This document shows positions 18,347-27,435 of a DNA stretch of 64,000 nucleotides, piece by piece; within the stretch, counting starts at the first letter, position 1; the number at the start of each line of letters is the position of its first letter. Source of the stretch: a virus (Duplodnaviria; Caudoviricetes); IMG/VR virus record IMGVR_UViG_2843449061_000008, positions 24,102 through 88,101 of that record; one strand, given 5' to 3'. Under the pieces are notes generated by a model. The model did no database searches. It saw nothing but the letters and a program-made list of their open reading frames with translations, and was not told the origin of the DNA. A program made the position numbers and the translations under genes.

Positions 18347-18395
18347 CGGGTCCTTCCGGGGCGATTCTACCGGGGGTGGCCCCCGCCTCAGCACC
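18347..18395 (+). promoter_or_regulatory. Putative satellite cos site (cosQ-like GGGTCCT at 18348-18354)
   Basis: CGGGTCCTTCCGGGG followed by symmetric C-GGGGGTGGCCCC-G (18371-18384), about 90 bp upstream of terS. Confidence 0.65.
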
Positions 18396-18474
18396 TCTCC
18401 AGGCACGAACCGTCCTTGGGGGTTCCTGATCCGCCTCCCGTCAGCAAATTTTCCTACCGACAAGGATCTTCGGA

Positions 18475-18963
18475 ATGGCGACACAAACCGAAGTCGGGAA
18501 GCATCTCGACCTGTCCGACCGCTCCGTGCGGGAGTTGCTGGAGCGGGGAGTCCTGCCGAACGCTGCCCGCGGCGCCCTCGACCTCGACTGGTGCCGAACC
18601 TCCTACATCCGCCATCTGCGGGAAATGGCCGCGGGCCGGGCGACCGGGCCGGCCGGTGACGACCTGACCAGCGAACGCGCCCGACTGGCCCGCGAACAGG
18701 CGGACAACATCGCCCTGAAGAACGCGGCGCTGCGGAAGGAGCTGCTTCCACGCTCCGACATCACCCGCGCCGTGGTCGCGGCGTTCCAGATCGTGCGCGA
18801 CCGGCTGTCAGCCCTGCCGGCGCGGCTGGCTGGGCCGCTGGCCGCGACCACCGATCCGGCGGAAGTGCGCGGGCGGCTGAGCGACGCGGTGAACGGCGTG
18901 CTGGTGGAGCTGAGCGAAACGCGCGTTGTCGCCACCGTCGAGGAGCCGGCTGATGCGGCTTGA
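18475..18963 (+). CDS. terS: Terminase small subunit (satellite, Nu1-like)
   Basis: MATQTEVGKHLDLSDRSVRELLERGVL wHTH; DLTSERARLAREQADNIALKNA coiled coil. Confidence 0.88.
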   Translation: MATQTEVGKHLDLSDRSVRELLERGVLPNAARGALDLDWCRTSYIRHLREMAAGRATGPAGDDLTSERARLAREQADNIALKNAALRKELLPRSDITRAVVAAFQIVRDRLSALPARLAGPLAATTDPAEVRGRLSDAVNGVLVELSETRVVATVEEPADAA

Positions 18964-20848
18964 CCTTCCTGTGTCCGAGCTGGTGGCGGAAACGGCGACT
19001 GGGTGGTTCCCGGCGCTGCGGCCGGCGCCGCGGTTGTCGCTGGCCGAATGGGCGGAGCAACACGCGCGCCTCTATGACGGTGGCGCCTTCAGGCCCTACG
19101 CCTATCAACGGGCGATCCTCGACGCGATGACCGACCCGGCGGTGCGCCGAATCACGCTCATGAAGTCGGCGCGCGTCGGCTACACGCAAATGCTGTCGGC
19201 GGCGCTGGGCTACTTCGTTGCGCAGCGGCCTTCCAAGATCATGGTGGTTCAGCCCACCACCGAAGACGCCGAGGACTACAGCAAGGACACCATCGATCCC
19301 TTGGGCGAATGGCCGGTGCTGGCCGGGCTGCTGTCCGAGGTGAAGGCCAAGACCAAGGGCAACACCATCAAGCGCAAAGCCTTCCCCGGCGGTTCGCTGC
19401 GCATCACCGGGGCGAACAGCCCACGCGCCTTCCGCCGCATCGACCTCGACGTGCTGCTGTTCGACGAGGTGGATGGCTATCCGCCGATGGCCGGGAAGGA
19501 AGGTGACCAGATCGCGTTGGGCCTGAAGCGCCTGACGCAATCGCTGCATCCCTTGGCCGTGCTGGGGAGCACGCCGCTTCTCGACGGGGAAAGCAAGATC
19601 GCGGACGCCTTCGCGGCCGGGACCATGGAGCGTTACCATTTGCCGTGTCCCTGCTGCGGGGAGCTGCAAGCGCTGGTGTGGGGCGACGGGACCGGGCCGG
19701 GCATGCGCTGGACGGACAACGACCCGGACACCGTGCATTACGTCTGCGTCAACGGGTGCCCCTTCGGCGAGGAACACAAGCTCGACCTGCTGGAGCGCGG
19801 GCGTTGGATCGGGGAGACGCCGCGCAAGGATCATCGCAGCTTTCACATCTGGAGCGCCTATAGCCCGCTGCCCGGCGCGGCGTGGCCCGAGCTGGTCAAA
19901 GAGTTCCTGGCCGCCAAGCGCGATCGGGAAAAGCTGCAAGTCTGGACCAACACCGTGTTGGGTGAGTGCTGGGTGGACCGTGGCGAGGCCCCGGAGTGGC
20001 GGCGGTTGTACGACCGGCGCGAGACCTGGGAGCCGGGCACCGTTCCGGCCGGCGGGCTTTTCCTGACGGTCGGCGCCGACGTGCAGCGCGACCGGATCGA
20101 GGTGAGCGTGTGGGCATGGGGCCGGGGCAAGGAGTCCTGGCTGATCGAGCATCGGGTGTTGCCGGGCGATCCGTTCCAGGCGGCTGTCTGGCGCGACCTG
20201 ACTTCGCTGCTGGCGGAGACCTGGCGCCACGAAAGCGGCACCGACCTGTCGGTGATGATGACGGCCATTGACGCGGGCGACGGCGTGACGATGGAGGCGG
20301 TGAAGGCGTGGGTGCGCAACGCCGGCCCGCGCGTCATGGCGATCAAGGGCAGTTCGCTGGCGCTGGCGCCGATCCTGGGCCAGCCGTCCGCTGCGGACGT
20401 GAACTATGGCGGCCGGAAGATCGCGGGCGGGGTGAAGCTCTGGCCGGTGGGCACCAGCGCGGCGAAGTCCGAGTTCTACGGCTTCCTGCGCCTCGACCGC
20501 CCGACCGAGGAAAGCGGCGAGCCGTTCCCGGCCGGCTTCGTCCACATCCCGCAGCATGTCGGCGAAGAGACGGTGAAACAGCTCGTCGCGGAACATCGGG
20601 TGACCCGCGGCGGCAAGGGCCGGCGCAGCGTCACCAGTTGGGAAAAGCTGCGGGATCGGAACGAGGCCCTGGATTGCCGAAACTACGCCCGCGCGGCGGC
20701 GGCCCGGCAAGGGCTGGAGCGCATGAACGACCCGGCATGGTCGGAGCTGGAGCGGGCCTTGGGTGTGCCCCGTGATCCGGCTGTGCCGGTGGCCACAGCG
20801 GCGCCGACGGCGCGGCGGGTGTCCCGCTCGTCCTGGCTGTCGGAGTAG
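18953..20848 (+). CDS. terL: Terminase large subunit, lambda gpA family (satellite, intact, 631 aa)
   Basis: KSARVGY (lambda gpA Walker A), LLFDEVDGY, CPCCG, GADVQRDR and RNEALDCRNYARAA. Confidence 0.93.
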   Translation: MRLDLPVSELVAETATGWFPALRPAPRLSLAEWAEQHARLYDGGAFRPYAYQRAILDAMTDPAVRRITLMKSARVGYTQMLSAALGYFVAQRPSKIMVVQPTTEDAEDYSKDTIDPLGEWPVLAGLLSEVKAKTKGNTIKRKAFPGGSLRITGANSPRAFRRIDLDVLLFDEVDGYPPMAGKEGDQIALGLKRLTQSLHPLAVLGSTPLLDGESKIADAFAAGTMERYHLPCPCCGELQALVWGDGTGPGMRWTDNDPDTVHYVCVNGCPFGEEHKLDLLERGRWIGETPRKDHRSFHIWSAYSPLPGAAWPELVKEFLAAKRDREKLQVWTNTVLGECWVDRGEAPEWRRLYDRRETWEPGTVPAGGLFLTVGADVQRDRIEVSVWAWGRGKESWLIEHRVLPGDPFQAAVWRDLTSLLAETWRHESGTDLSVMMTAIDAGDGVTMEAVKAWVRNAGPRVMAIKGSSLALAPILGQPSAADVNYGGRKIAGGVKLWPVGTSAAKSEFYGFLRLDRPTEESGEPFPAGFVHIPQHVGEETVKQLVAEHRVTRGGKGRRSVTSWEKLRDRNEALDCRNYARAAAARQGLERMNDPAWSELERALGVPRDPAVPVATAAPTARRVSRSSWLSE

Positions 20849-20937
20849 ACGGCCGGCCCCGGCGCCATCTCCGAAGTTGAACGAATCGGCCAACAGTCCT
20901 ATGGTTAGGCAATTATACCCTATTGAGGATAATTGTC

Positions 20938-22383
20938 ATGCTGTCGGGACTGCGGCGGACCGTTGGGAACCTGTTGATCCGCAGCCTCGACGCGGCCGGA
21001 GCCGGCAAGCGCTGGGGAGCCAAGTCCCGCATGGTGAACCTGAACGCCGAGATGCTGGCCGGTGCGTCCATCGCGGCGCAGCGCGCGGCCTACTTCGCCC
21101 GCAACAACCCGAACGTCGCCGCCGCGGTGAATGCCCTGGTGAGCAATGCCGTGGGGACCGGGATCAAGCCGCGGTCCAAGCACCCCGATCCGGCGGTGCG
21201 CGATGCGCTGCACAGCTTGTGGGAGCGGTGGGAGCGGGTGGCCGATGCGTCGGGCCGGGCCGGCGGCTTCTACGCTCAACAGGCCCTGGCCGTGCGCGCA
21301 ATGATCGAGGGTGGGGAATCCTTCGCCCGTCTCCGCGCCCGGCTGCCGGAAGACGGCTTGCCGGTGCCGCTTCAGGTGGAGCTTATCAGCCGGGACCAAG
21401 TTCCCTCGACGCAGTGGCAGGAAATCCGACCCGGCAACCCGGTTCGGGCCGGGATCGAGTTCGACACGCTGGGCCGGCGGGTGGCGTTCTGGGTTCTGCC
21501 CTTCAATCCCAATGACCCCACCATGCCGGTGCTGGCGCCGACCTGGGAGCCGAAGCGGGTTCCGGCGGAGGACATGTTGCACCTGTTCCGCGAGCTGGTG
21601 GAGAACCAGCTTCGGGGACTGTCCTGGCTGGCGCCGATCCTGCTGCGCGTGAAGGAGCTGGACCAGTACGAAGACGCCGCCCTGGTCCGCGCCAAGGTCG
21701 CGGCGATGCTGGCCGGCTTCATCATGAACAAGGACGACGCCAACCCGGCTTGGCAGCCGCCGGCCAACGCCGAGACGCCGACGCTGGAACCGGGTGTGCT
21801 GGTGCCGCTGAACCCCGGCGAGTCCGTCGAGTTCACCAACCCGCCCGACGACAAGAACTATGACCCGTTCACGAAGAACCACATGCGGGCCATCGCGGTG
21901 GGGATCGGGGCGACGTACTTCCAAGTCTCGGGCGACCTCAAAGACGCCAACTACTCCAGCCTGCGCGGCGGGCTGGTGGAGTTCCGCCGCAGTGTCGAGC
22001 AGCTCCAGCACCTCACGATCATCCCGCAACTCTGCGACCCGGTATGGCGCCGCTTCGTGACGCTGGCCGTGCTGTCCGGCGCCATCGACGCGCCGGACTT
22101 CTTCCGCGACCCCGAACCCTACCTGTCCGCTGAATGGCTGCCGCCGGCCTTCGATTGGGTGGACCCGCTGAAGGACGTGCGGGCCGAAGTCGAGGCCATC
22201 GAGGCGAAGCTGAAAAGCCGGGCGCAGTCCGTCGCCGAACGCGGCTACGACGTCGAAACCCTGGACTCGCAGATCGCCGCGGACGTGCAGCGGGAACAGC
22301 GGCTTGGCCTGCCCACCACGGCGACGAAGGCCGCTGCGCCGACCCAGCCGGACGAACCCACGGAGCCCCCCGCCAATGGCTGA
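20938..22383 (+). CDS. Portal protein, lambda family (satellite)
   Basis: ARNNP..AAAV..LVSN.VGTGI, RAGIEFD..GRRVAFW, QLRGLSWLAP, YFQVSGDL.DANYSSLR and W.PPAFDWVDPLKD. Confidence 0.92.
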   Translation: MLSGLRRTVGNLLIRSLDAAGAGKRWGAKSRMVNLNAEMLAGASIAAQRAAYFARNNPNVAAAVNALVSNAVGTGIKPRSKHPDPAVRDALHSLWERWERVADASGRAGGFYAQQALAVRAMIEGGESFARLRARLPEDGLPVPLQVELISRDQVPSTQWQEIRPGNPVRAGIEFDTLGRRVAFWVLPFNPNDPTMPVLAPTWEPKRVPAEDMLHLFRELVENQLRGLSWLAPILLRVKELDQYEDAALVRAKVAAMLAGFIMNKDDANPAWQPPANAETPTLEPGVLVPLNPGESVEFTNPPDDKNYDPFTKNHMRAIAVGIGATYFQVSGDLKDANYSSLRGGLVEFRRSVEQLQHLTIIPQLCDPVWRRFVTLAVLSGAIDAPDFFRDPEPYLSAEWLPPAFDWVDPLKDVRAEVEAIEAKLKSRAQSVAERGYDVETLDSQIAADVQREQRLGLPTTATKAAAPTQPDEPTEPPANG

Positions 22384-24238
22384 CACGTTCACCCGCGCCA
22401 TGGGCGCGACCACGCCGACCACGCTCAACCGCGAGGCCCGCACCGTCGAGGTGGTGGCGCTGTCCGGCCCGGCGCCCGCCGTGCGCCCGGCGCCCGCTCC
22501 GGACGGCACCCGTTCCGCCTGGATCGAGGAGCTGGACGCGGCCGGCGCCGACCTCTCCCGGTTCCGCGGCGGCCCGGCGCTGAAGGATCACCGCAACACC
22601 ACCGACGCCGCCGTGGGCACGGTGGCGGATGCGCGAGTCGACGGTGACCGGATCACCGGAACCGTCCGCTTCGACACCAGCGCCACGGCCGCCGACCTCA
22701 TGGCGAAGGTCGAGGCGGGCAGCGTACGCGGCGTGAGCCTGGGCTACAGCGTCCAGAAGTGGCAGCGGGCCGGTAAGCGCGACGGGCTGCCCGTCTTCCG
22801 TGCCATCGGCTGGGCGCCGCATGAGCTGAGCTTTACCCCTGTGCCGGTGGATGCCGGCGCCACCGTCCGTTCCCAAGGAGGCATCATGGACGACGACCAG
22901 ACCACCACCGAGGCGGACGCCACGGCGGATACCACCACCACCGACACCAGCGCCCGCGCGGTGGACACCACCGCCAACCGGGCCGGGATCAACGGTCAGA
23001 TTCGGACGATGGTCCGCGCCGCTGGCCTGGAGATCGCCACCGCCGACCGGCTGATTGACGACGGCGCCGACCTCGACCGCGCCCGCGCCGCGGTGTTCGA
23101 CGCCATGCTGGCCCGCTCCAGCGGCCGGCCGCTCGCTGCCGTCCAGGTCCTGCACGATCACGACGATCCGGGGGCTGTGGTGGATCGCATGGCGACGGCT
23201 TTCGCAGCCCGCGCCACGGCGCACCTGCCGGAAGCGCACCGCGTCCAGATGCCGGAACAGGCCCGCGCCTATGCCGGCCGCTCCCTCCTCGACCTCGCCG
23301 CCGAGCTGGCCGACCGGCGCGGGAACCCGATCGGCACGCGGCACATGTCGCCCGCGGACCTCTACCAGCGCGCCATGACGACGGGCGACTTCCCGGTGCT
23401 GCTGGCGAACGCGGCCAACAAGACCCTCCTGCCGGCCTATCAGGCGGCGGCGCCGACCTACCGCCGGTTCTTCGCCCGGCGCGACTTCCGCGACTTCAAG
23501 CCCGCGTCGTTCGCCCGCGTCGGCGACTTCCCGGTGCCGCTGGCCGTGGGTGAGAACGGCGAGTACAAGCACGGCGCCATCAGCGAGAGCGGCGAGACGG
23601 TCACGCTGGGCGAGTATGGCCGGGTGGTCATGTTCAGCCGGAAGGCGTTGGTCAACGATGACCTGGGCGCCTTCGCCGACCTCCCGAGCAAGGCCGCCCT
23701 GCGCTGCGCCGATTGGGAAAACTCGGTGGCCTGGGCGCTGGTGGTCTCCAACCCGAAGCTGTCGGACGGCAAGACGCTGTTCCATGCCAGCCATGGCAAC
23801 CTCGCTTCCGCCGGCGGCGCCATCGACCTCGCGACCGTCTCCGCCGGCGAAGCGGCGATGATGAAGCAGACCAGCCTCGACGGGCTGAAGCTGAACCTCA
23901 AACCCGCCGTCCTGGCGACCGGGCCGGACCAGTTCACCGCGGCCCGTCAGTTCGTCAGCACCGCTGTTGCGCCGACCACGGCCGCCGCGGTCAACCCGCT
24001 GGCCGGGACGCTGACACCCGTGGGTGACGCGAACCTGCCGGGGCCGGGCTGGTATCTCATGGCCGAGCCGGCGGCGCTGGAGACCTTCGTTTACGGCTAC
24101 CTGCAGGGCCAGTCCGGGCCGATCATCACGCCCGAGCCGGGCTTCGACGTGGCCGGGGTGAAGGTCAAGCTCACCATCGACTTCGCCGTGGGCGCGGTGG
24201 ACTACCGCGGCGCCTACTTCAACCCCGGCGCGGCCTGA
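22376..24238 (+). CDS. Prohead protease-major capsid fusion (HK97-type protease plus Mu gpT-like capsid); in-frame internal start at 22886
   Basis: ALKDH, VRGVSLGY and HELSFTPVPVD protease motifs; TTGDFP.LL.N.ANK.L..AY, DFK, GEYK.G and NDDLGAF capsid motifs. Confidence 0.88.
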   Translation: MADTFTRAMGATTPTTLNREARTVEVVALSGPAPAVRPAPAPDGTRSAWIEELDAAGADLSRFRGGPALKDHRNTTDAAVGTVADARVDGDRITGTVRFDTSATAADLMAKVEAGSVRGVSLGYSVQKWQRAGKRDGLPVFRAIGWAPHELSFTPVPVDAGATVRSQGGIMDDDQTTTEADATADTTTTDTSARAVDTTANRAGINGQIRTMVRAAGLEIATADRLIDDGADLDRARAAVFDAMLARSSGRPLAAVQVLHDHDDPGAVVDRMATAFAARATAHLPEAHRVQMPEQARAYAGRSLLDLAAELADRRGNPIGTRHMSPADLYQRAMTTGDFPVLLANAANKTLLPAYQAAAPTYRRFFARRDFRDFKPASFARVGDFPVPLAVGENGEYKHGAISESGETVTLGEYGRVVMFSRKALVNDDLGAFADLPSKAALRCADWENSVAWALVVSNPKLSDGKTLFHASHGNLASAGGAIDLATVSAGEAAMMKQTSLDGLKLNLKPAVLATGPDQFTAARQFVSTAVAPTTAAAVNPLAGTLTPVGDANLPGPGWYLMAEPAALETFVYGYLQGQSGPIITPEPGFDVAGVKVKLTIDFAVGAVDYRGAYFNPGAA

Positions 24239-24240
24239 CC

Positions 24241-24456
24241 ATGGCGACGCTGGCCGACCTGATCGGAATGCGGGACGCCCTGGAGGCGGCCCGCTTCAGC
24301 GGCGTGCGCAAGGTGGTCTATGGCGACACCGAGACCGAATACAAATCCGACGCCGAAATGAAGCGGGCGCTTCTCGACCTCAACCGGAAGATCACCGCTG
24401 CCAGCGGGCCGGCCAGCTCGCCGTTCGTGACCTTCTCGACCTCGAAAGGACTGTGA
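24241..24456 (+). CDS. gpW-like head-tail adaptor (satellite)
   Basis: DALEAARFSGVRKVVYGD...EYKSDAEM..AL...STSKG. Confidence 0.8.
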   Translation: MATLADLIGMRDALEAARFSGVRKVVYGDTETEYKSDAEMKRALLDLNRKITAASGPASSPFVTFSTSKGL

Positions 24457-24458
24457 CC

Positions 24459-24803
24459 ATGCGGAACTTCGTGCAAGCCGGCTGCAACCTCGACCTCACC
24501 GCCCCGCGCGCCCTGGCGTCGGGGGAAGGTTTCATCGTCGGCGCCCTGTTCGCCATCGCCAGCACCGACGCGGCGAGCGGTGGCGCCCTGGTGGGCGTGA
24601 CCGAGGGCGTGTTCATCCTGCCGAAGAAGACGGCCGCCGTGATCGCCCTGGGCGGCCGGGTGAGCTGGGACGATGCCGTGCACCAGTGCGACGCACCCGG
24701 CGCCGGGCTCTACCCGGTGGGCGTGGCTGTGGAGGCCGCCGGCAACGGGGCCAGCACCGTGACGGTGCGGCTGGACGGCGTGAGCACTGCGGCGGCTGCG
24801 TAG
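24459..24803 (+). CDS. DUF2190-family capsid cement/decoration protein
   Basis: MRNFVQAG..LDLTAP..LASG...VGALFA.A...GVTEGVF.LPK...VSWD...VGVAVEAA. Confidence 0.8.
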   Translation: MRNFVQAGCNLDLTAPRALASGEGFIVGALFAIASTDAASGGALVGVTEGVFILPKKTAAVIALGGRVSWDDAVHQCDAPGAGLYPVGVAVEAAGNGASTVTVRLDGVSTAAAA

Positions 24804-24828
24804 GGGTCGGCAGGGGCTGGCCGAAGGG

Positions 24829-24859
24829 AAGGGGCAGGGCTGCGGTTCCGCCCCTTTTG
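24829..24859 (+). terminator. Terminator ending the satellite structural operon
   Basis: AAGGGGC...GCCCCTT stem followed by TTGT. Confidence 0.55.
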
Positions 24860-25172
24860 TATAGATGCAGCAAAGGCACCACCGAACCCTTGTAGGTATA
24901 GTAGGCTACAGGGGCGTACCTGCATTCTGACTGCATGGTGCTGACGAATCTACCCAATACCTAAACCGGATTGGTGAAAGCCTACCCTGCATAGTGCGGC
25001 GTTTGGTGTTTTCATCACTTAATGTGTTGCCTTCACAGAACCTGAGCCCAATATTAGAGAAGCCTTTGCCGAGCTGCACGACCTAAGCTGTTGGGCAAGG
25101 GAGTGGCATGATTGCTACTGTATGCTCATGTGAAAAATCAGCTTCGTTGATCAGTCAAATAAAGGTGGTGCA

Positions 25173-25364
25173 ATGGAAAATGAAATCAAGGAAGGATCGG
25201 TCGTTACGCTAAAATCTGGCGGGCCGAATATGACTGTTGCGTGGGTTGCTGAAGAATATGGAACCATCAAAGCTAACTGTGATTGGTTCGTGCAGGAGAA
25301 GGGAAGTTTTGCAAATAAGAATGCCACTTTTCCTTTGTCGTCTCTAAAGCTCTCTTCTGATTGA
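25173..25364 (+). CDS. YodC/DUF2158-family protein
   Basis: GSVVTLKSGGPNMTV...CDWF signature; AAAGGTGG RBS. Confidence 0.8.
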   Translation: MENEIKEGSVVTLKSGGPNMTVAWVAEEYGTIKANCDWFVQEKGSFANKNATFPLSSLKLSSD

Positions 25365-25531
25365 ACGGTTTGCGCCAGCTTCTCAAAGCTAGTCCATTCT
25401 GTTTTTCCCAGCCAATCACGGAACAGAATCAGGTGATGCGATTGCACATCCGAAGCTGTCCGCGATGGCCCGCCGGAACGGCATAAACAATGCTGCTACG
25501 GCGTGACATGGGCAGCAATGTTCGACCCTGG

Positions 25532-25565
25532 AGCCGGCCGGCGCGTCTTGCCCGGCCGGCTTTTC
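25532..25565 (+). terminator. Intrinsic terminator/attenuator
   Basis: AGCCGGCCGG / CCGGCCGGCT 10-bp stem plus TTT, directly before the next RBS. Confidence 0.6.
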
Positions 25566-25579
25566 TATGCGAGGTGACC

Positions 25580-25897
25580 ATGAGCAAGCCTGATTCGTCG
25601 TGCCCGGCCGTTGAGGTGCTGGACCTTCGCCTGTCGGACGGGATCGGGCAGACGCTGGCCGTTGCCGTCGTTCAGGTGGGGCCGGTGGAGATCCGTAACG
25701 TGCGGGTGACCGACCGGGACGGACGGCTGTTCGTTCGGCTGCCGGGCACCCTCATGAGGAGGCGGCTGAAGCCGGCCGTCTGCCTCGACGAGCCGGTGTT
25801 TCTGGAGCTGCGCGAAGCGGTGTTGGCGGAGTACCGGGAGGTGGCCGGGGCGGACCCGTGGGGCGACGAGCGAGGCAGCAGAACGGCAGATGCCTGA
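25580..25897 (+). CDS. SpoVG-like nucleic-acid-binding protein
   Basis: LAVAVVQVGPVEIRNVRVTDRDGRLFVRLP resembles the SpoVG core; GAGGTG RBS. Confidence 0.55.
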   Translation: MSKPDSSCPAVEVLDLRLSDGIGQTLAVAVVQVGPVEIRNVRVTDRDGRLFVRLPGTLMRRRLKPAVCLDEPVFLELREAVLAEYREVAGADPWGDERGSRTADA

Positions 25898-26032
25898 GCT
25901 GGGTGGAGAAGAGAAAAACCTATTCGATTGGAGCGGTTTGCGGTTCTATCTACAGAATTAATGTCGCTGAAAAGACGCATTTATGGTACACATAACCCCT
26001 CATGCTAGAACAAGAAACAGAGATGCACGAAA

Positions 26033-26542
26033 ATGTCTATTTACCCCATCGGTGGAGCCTCTAGCTTTGATGACATGCCCAAGGGAACGATGTTTTACGG
26101 GGAGGTGGGTGACAAGATCGTTCTTCTTTTCCGTTGTGCAAAGGTAATAAGTCAATCTACAGAAGATATCGAATACGCTGCGGTCTTCGACAGGCAAGTG
26201 ATACCGCATATCGGTAACCCTATTGTTATAGAAGGAGCTTCGTATTTTACTAACAAGTTGTTTGAGGTGAGGGGTTCTTATGTGAAGCCCGATCTTTCCT
26301 CTATGGATCTGTCCTACAATAACCCGAAGTTAGGGGATATAGTTTACTTTGAGTCCGCGGCTTACTTTGTCTTGGCGAGTGAGCGGCATGGGCGCATGTA
26401 TGTCAACATTGATACGGGATATGCGCTTGAGAACGTGAACCACGACCTGCCGCGCGCGATTTTCAGAAGATGGAGCATTGTGCAGCGGGTGTTCGACCGT
26501 GAGGAGGTGCTTTTCACTTACGAGCCTGCCCCGGCTCGGTGA
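26033..26542 (+). CDS. Hypothetical cargo protein, low GC (169 aa)
   Basis: AT-richer ORF with protein-like composition; no family recognised. Confidence 0.65.
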   Translation: MSIYPIGGASSFDDMPKGTMFYGEVGDKIVLLFRCAKVISQSTEDIEYAAVFDRQVIPHIGNPIVIEGASYFTNKLFEVRGSYVKPDLSSMDLSYNNPKLGDIVYFESAAYFVLASERHGRMYVNIDTGYALENVNHDLPRAIFRRWSIVQRVFDREEVLFTYEPAPAR

Positions 26543-26581
26543 GTGAAGCGTTCGGCCTGCCGCGGACCCGGCCGGGGCGGG

Positions 26582-26856
26582 CCTGTAACACACCTTGACC
26601 GCCCTGTGTTGCAGCCTGTAACACAGGGTGTGTTGCAGGCTGTGTTGCAGGTGATCCGCCATGGCGACCCCGACCATTTCCGTTCGCGTATCTCCAGAAC
26701 ATCAAGGGCTTGTCCGAGACGTGGCGGCCCGGCTGAAGGCCGATCCCGGCTTTGCTGACGTGCTGCGCGCCGCGCTGGGGGAGGGTGTGACACAGCCTGT
26801 CATACAGCCTGTGTTACGGCTTGGATCGCGGGGTGTGACACAGGCTGCAACACAGG
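26582..26856. repeat. Two blocks of five 11-12 bp near-palindromes (CTGT-N3-ACAG-like)
   Basis: Block 1 at 26582-26651 upstream of the 26661 gene; block 2 at 26785-26856 inside it. Examples: CTGTAACACAG, CTGTGTTGCAG, CTGTCATACAG, GTGTGACACAG. Confidence 0.8.
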
Positions 26857-27227
26857 TGGACGGCCAGACCGCTCACCAGCGCCAGCCCGCGCCCGAAGGC
26901 CAGCCCGATCCTGCGGCCGGCGCCCTGGCCGATGTCCTGCGCCGGGTGGAGGTGCTGGAGGCGCATGTTGCCGACCTCCGGGGCAAGGCTGGCCGGCAAG
27001 CCAAGGTAGCCAGCCAACAGCAACGGCTGATCGCCGCCGCGGGGCTGGAAGGCGTCATGACCCGCCTGCAATACGCCGCGCACATCGGCGTGTCCAACCC
27101 GACCCTGACGCGCTGGGTGAAGCGGGGAATGCCGGTGCAGGACGATGGGCTGCTCGACGTCGAGGCGGTGGAGAGCTGGCGGAAGGCGAACGAGTCCCGG
27201 CTCCTGGCGGAGAGGGTGAAGGGGTAG
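26661..27227 (+). CDS. DNA-binding protein: RHH-like N-terminus, coiled coil and Nu1/MerR-like wHTH C-terminus
   Basis: TISVRVSPEHQGLVRDVAARL; MTRLQYAAHIGVSNPTLTRWVKRGMPV...LDVEAVESWR. Confidence 0.6.
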   Translation: MATPTISVRVSPEHQGLVRDVAARLKADPGFADVLRAALGEGVTQPVIQPVLRLGSRGVTQAATQVDGQTAHQRQPAPEGQPDPAAGALADVLRRVEVLEAHVADLRGKAGRQAKVASQQQRLIAAAGLEGVMTRLQYAAHIGVSNPTLTRWVKRGMPVQDDGLLDVEAVESWRKANESRLLAERVKG

Positions 27228-27435
27228 GGGGGGGCGGGCCGGCGACACCGGCCCGAGCGTCTACGAGGCCGGCGTCTACCGAAACAGTTTATTAGCGATA
27301 ATTTCGAATACGTGATGCGTGTGTTTAACTGATTCTGGTATAGCAGTCGGATGCCACGTGCGATGATAAGTCGTAGTGGAGTTGTTTAAGAGGCACCAGC
27401 TGGTGTTGAATCAGTATTAAAGGAATGGGGTCGAA

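Noticed and set aside
14221-23794. Long minus-strand ORFs (14221-16251, 18761-20893, 20920-22509, 22019-23794)
   Set aside because: They lie opposite well-supported terminase, portal and capsid genes, are Arg/Gly/Pro-rich with no motifs, and are typical high-GC shadows.
24865-24942. Possible structured ncRNA after the satellite head operon
   Set aside because: One 9-bp hairpin and short alternative 6-bp pairings are within chance expectation, and no known family was recognised.
26582-26856. E. coli-type SOS boxes
   Set aside because: The CTGT...ACAG half-sites are separated by 3 bp, not 8.
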